A stretch of DNA of 63,816 nt, counting the filler, from Sphacelaria rigidula (lineage: Eukaryota), in NCBI GenBank assembly GCA_964200075.2. It is 7 parts of 7 records of this genome, joined end to end, with 100 filler letters (N's around TTAATTAATTAA, not from the genome) between each part and the next. Parts side by side here need not be neighbours in the genome. Positions count along the whole stretch, not along the records: positions 54,788 to 63,816 come from CAXNAA020009470.1; 6 more parts are not named here. One strand, given 5' to 3'. This document shows, in pieces, positions 62,573 through 63,816 of the stretch; positions within the stretch are counted from its first letter, which is position 1; every line of letters starts with the position of its first letter. Position numbers and translations under genes: made by a program. The notes beneath the pieces were generated by a model. The model saw only the letters and a list, made by a program, of their open reading frames with translations. It did not search any database and was not told the DNA's origin.

Positions 62573-63054
62573 GGCCGGATGTTATGGCACACAGATTTTT
62601 GGCCCACGGATTGTTCACGTCTGGTACATTTGAGCCAATTTTTGACCCCCAAACAGGAAAAATCGTCAACACACGTCTTGGACCCTTTGCATCACCCCAC
62701 AGAGAGGAGCCTAGTCTGCTCTTCAGATTATATCGGCTCCGAGGTTTCGAGATTGACCGCTGAACAAAAATTCGTGCGTGAAAATCTGTGCATGCCGATC
62801 CACAGATTATTGGCCAAACTGGAGGGGGTCGGCAAGCACAGATTTTTGCGCACGAAATTTCGTTCAGCGGCCAATCTCGAAACCTCGGAGCCGATATAAT
62901 CTGAAAAGCAGACTAGGCTCCTCTCTGTGGGGTGATGCAAAGTGTCCAAGACGTGTGTTGACGATTTTTCCTGTTTGGGGGTCAAAAATTGGCTCAAATG
63001 TACCAGAAGTGAACAATCCGTGGGCCAAAAATCGGTTTGCGATAACATCCGGCC
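62573..63054. mobile_element. PIF/Harbinger (Tourist-like) fold-back MITE, 482 bp, TTA TSD
   Basis: TTA|GGCCGGATGTTAT ... ATAACATCCGGCC|TTA; arms of about 230 bp are nearly perfectly complementary. Confidence 0.93.
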
Positions 63055-63816
63055 TTAGACCCAAAATTGGGGTGGCACGCGTGCAGGGGGGGGGGGGGTA
63101 CTCATGATCCTTCATGCACTAGTCATATTATCATTGATCTCGCGTTNNNNNNNNNNAAAGTGGGGGTGCAAAAGGGGGTGTCGGCAAAACCGCCGTGCTG
63201 CCACCAAAGTGGGGGGGGGGGCGCGGGGGGGGGGGGGGGGGGGTACTCATGATCCTTCATGCACTAGTCATATTATCATTGATCTCGCGTTCCTACAAAG
63301 TCTGGACGGAACACGCCGAGTTCGCCGGACCAGGCTTGTACTCAATCACCAAGCGCGAAGCGCCGTGGTGTGTTCGGCGAGTCGTATGAAGGGTGAGCTG
63401 CATCCTGCCAAGACTGTTCGACCCGAAGCCTGCTGATTATCTTGCACATGGGCGACAACCTACAATGAGTTGCTTCATTTTCTGGTATCGTGACTTCCAG
63501 AGACAGCAATTTGTACACGCTGCCTCATGAATGTCTCACCACGTAAACACTACGCACTATGATAATTACCTTCGCGCGGATCTCGGGTTCTCCGTCCCGC
63601 ACAATATGATCTAGCTCGACCACCATAATGGTTACCGCAAAAAACAACGCAAGCGCAAAAAAACGGAAACTTGGTTGCCTCGCTTCCGCGTGAGTGGCGT
63701 GTTTTACAGCGTCGTTTCCAACCGACACCAACCCCGAAGGGAGGGGGGGGGGGGGGGGGGGGGGTTGTTTTGTTGTTTGTTTTGATATAGAACGGGTGGG
63801 GGGGGGAGTAGAAAAA

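Noticed and set aside
62264-63115. Near-identical ORFs on opposite strands as a duplicated gene
   Set aside because: A consequence of the MITE palindrome.
63086-63291. 60-bp direct repeat
   Set aside because: It flanks a 10-N gap next to G runs, so it is probably an unmerged contig overlap.

Overview
This is eukaryotic, repeat-dominated DNA. The style of the retroelements and SINEs suggests a brown alga or other stramenopile (inference from recalled families, not searched). It is not one locus: six identical 100-bp spacers (44 N + TTAATTAATTAA + 44 N) join seven pieces of 9032, 9032, 9031, 9031, 9031, 9030 and 9029 bp, i.e. length-sorted unplaced scaffolds. LTR retroelements: a decayed Ty3/Gypsy pol split by a tRNA-derived SINE, a Ty1/Copia gag-protease relic, a two-LTR chromodomain Gypsy element lacking RT/RNase H, and a second LTR pair around a non-coding interior. 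Non-LTR retroelements: two LINE relics, one of them RLE/CRE-like. DNA transposons: fold-back MITEs with 2-bp, TTAA and TTA target duplications, a hAT-like non-autonomous element, and probable decayed transposases (KDZ-like, Sola-like). There are also minisatellites and in-phase exons of an unidentified spliced gene. No intact recognisable host gene, rRNA, bona fide tRNA or CRISPR-Cas system is seen. The most unusual structure is a 1.68-kb TIR element with a perfect 8-bp TSD whose body is a ~43-bp-period array of two conserved motifs separated by two fixed-length, variable spacers.
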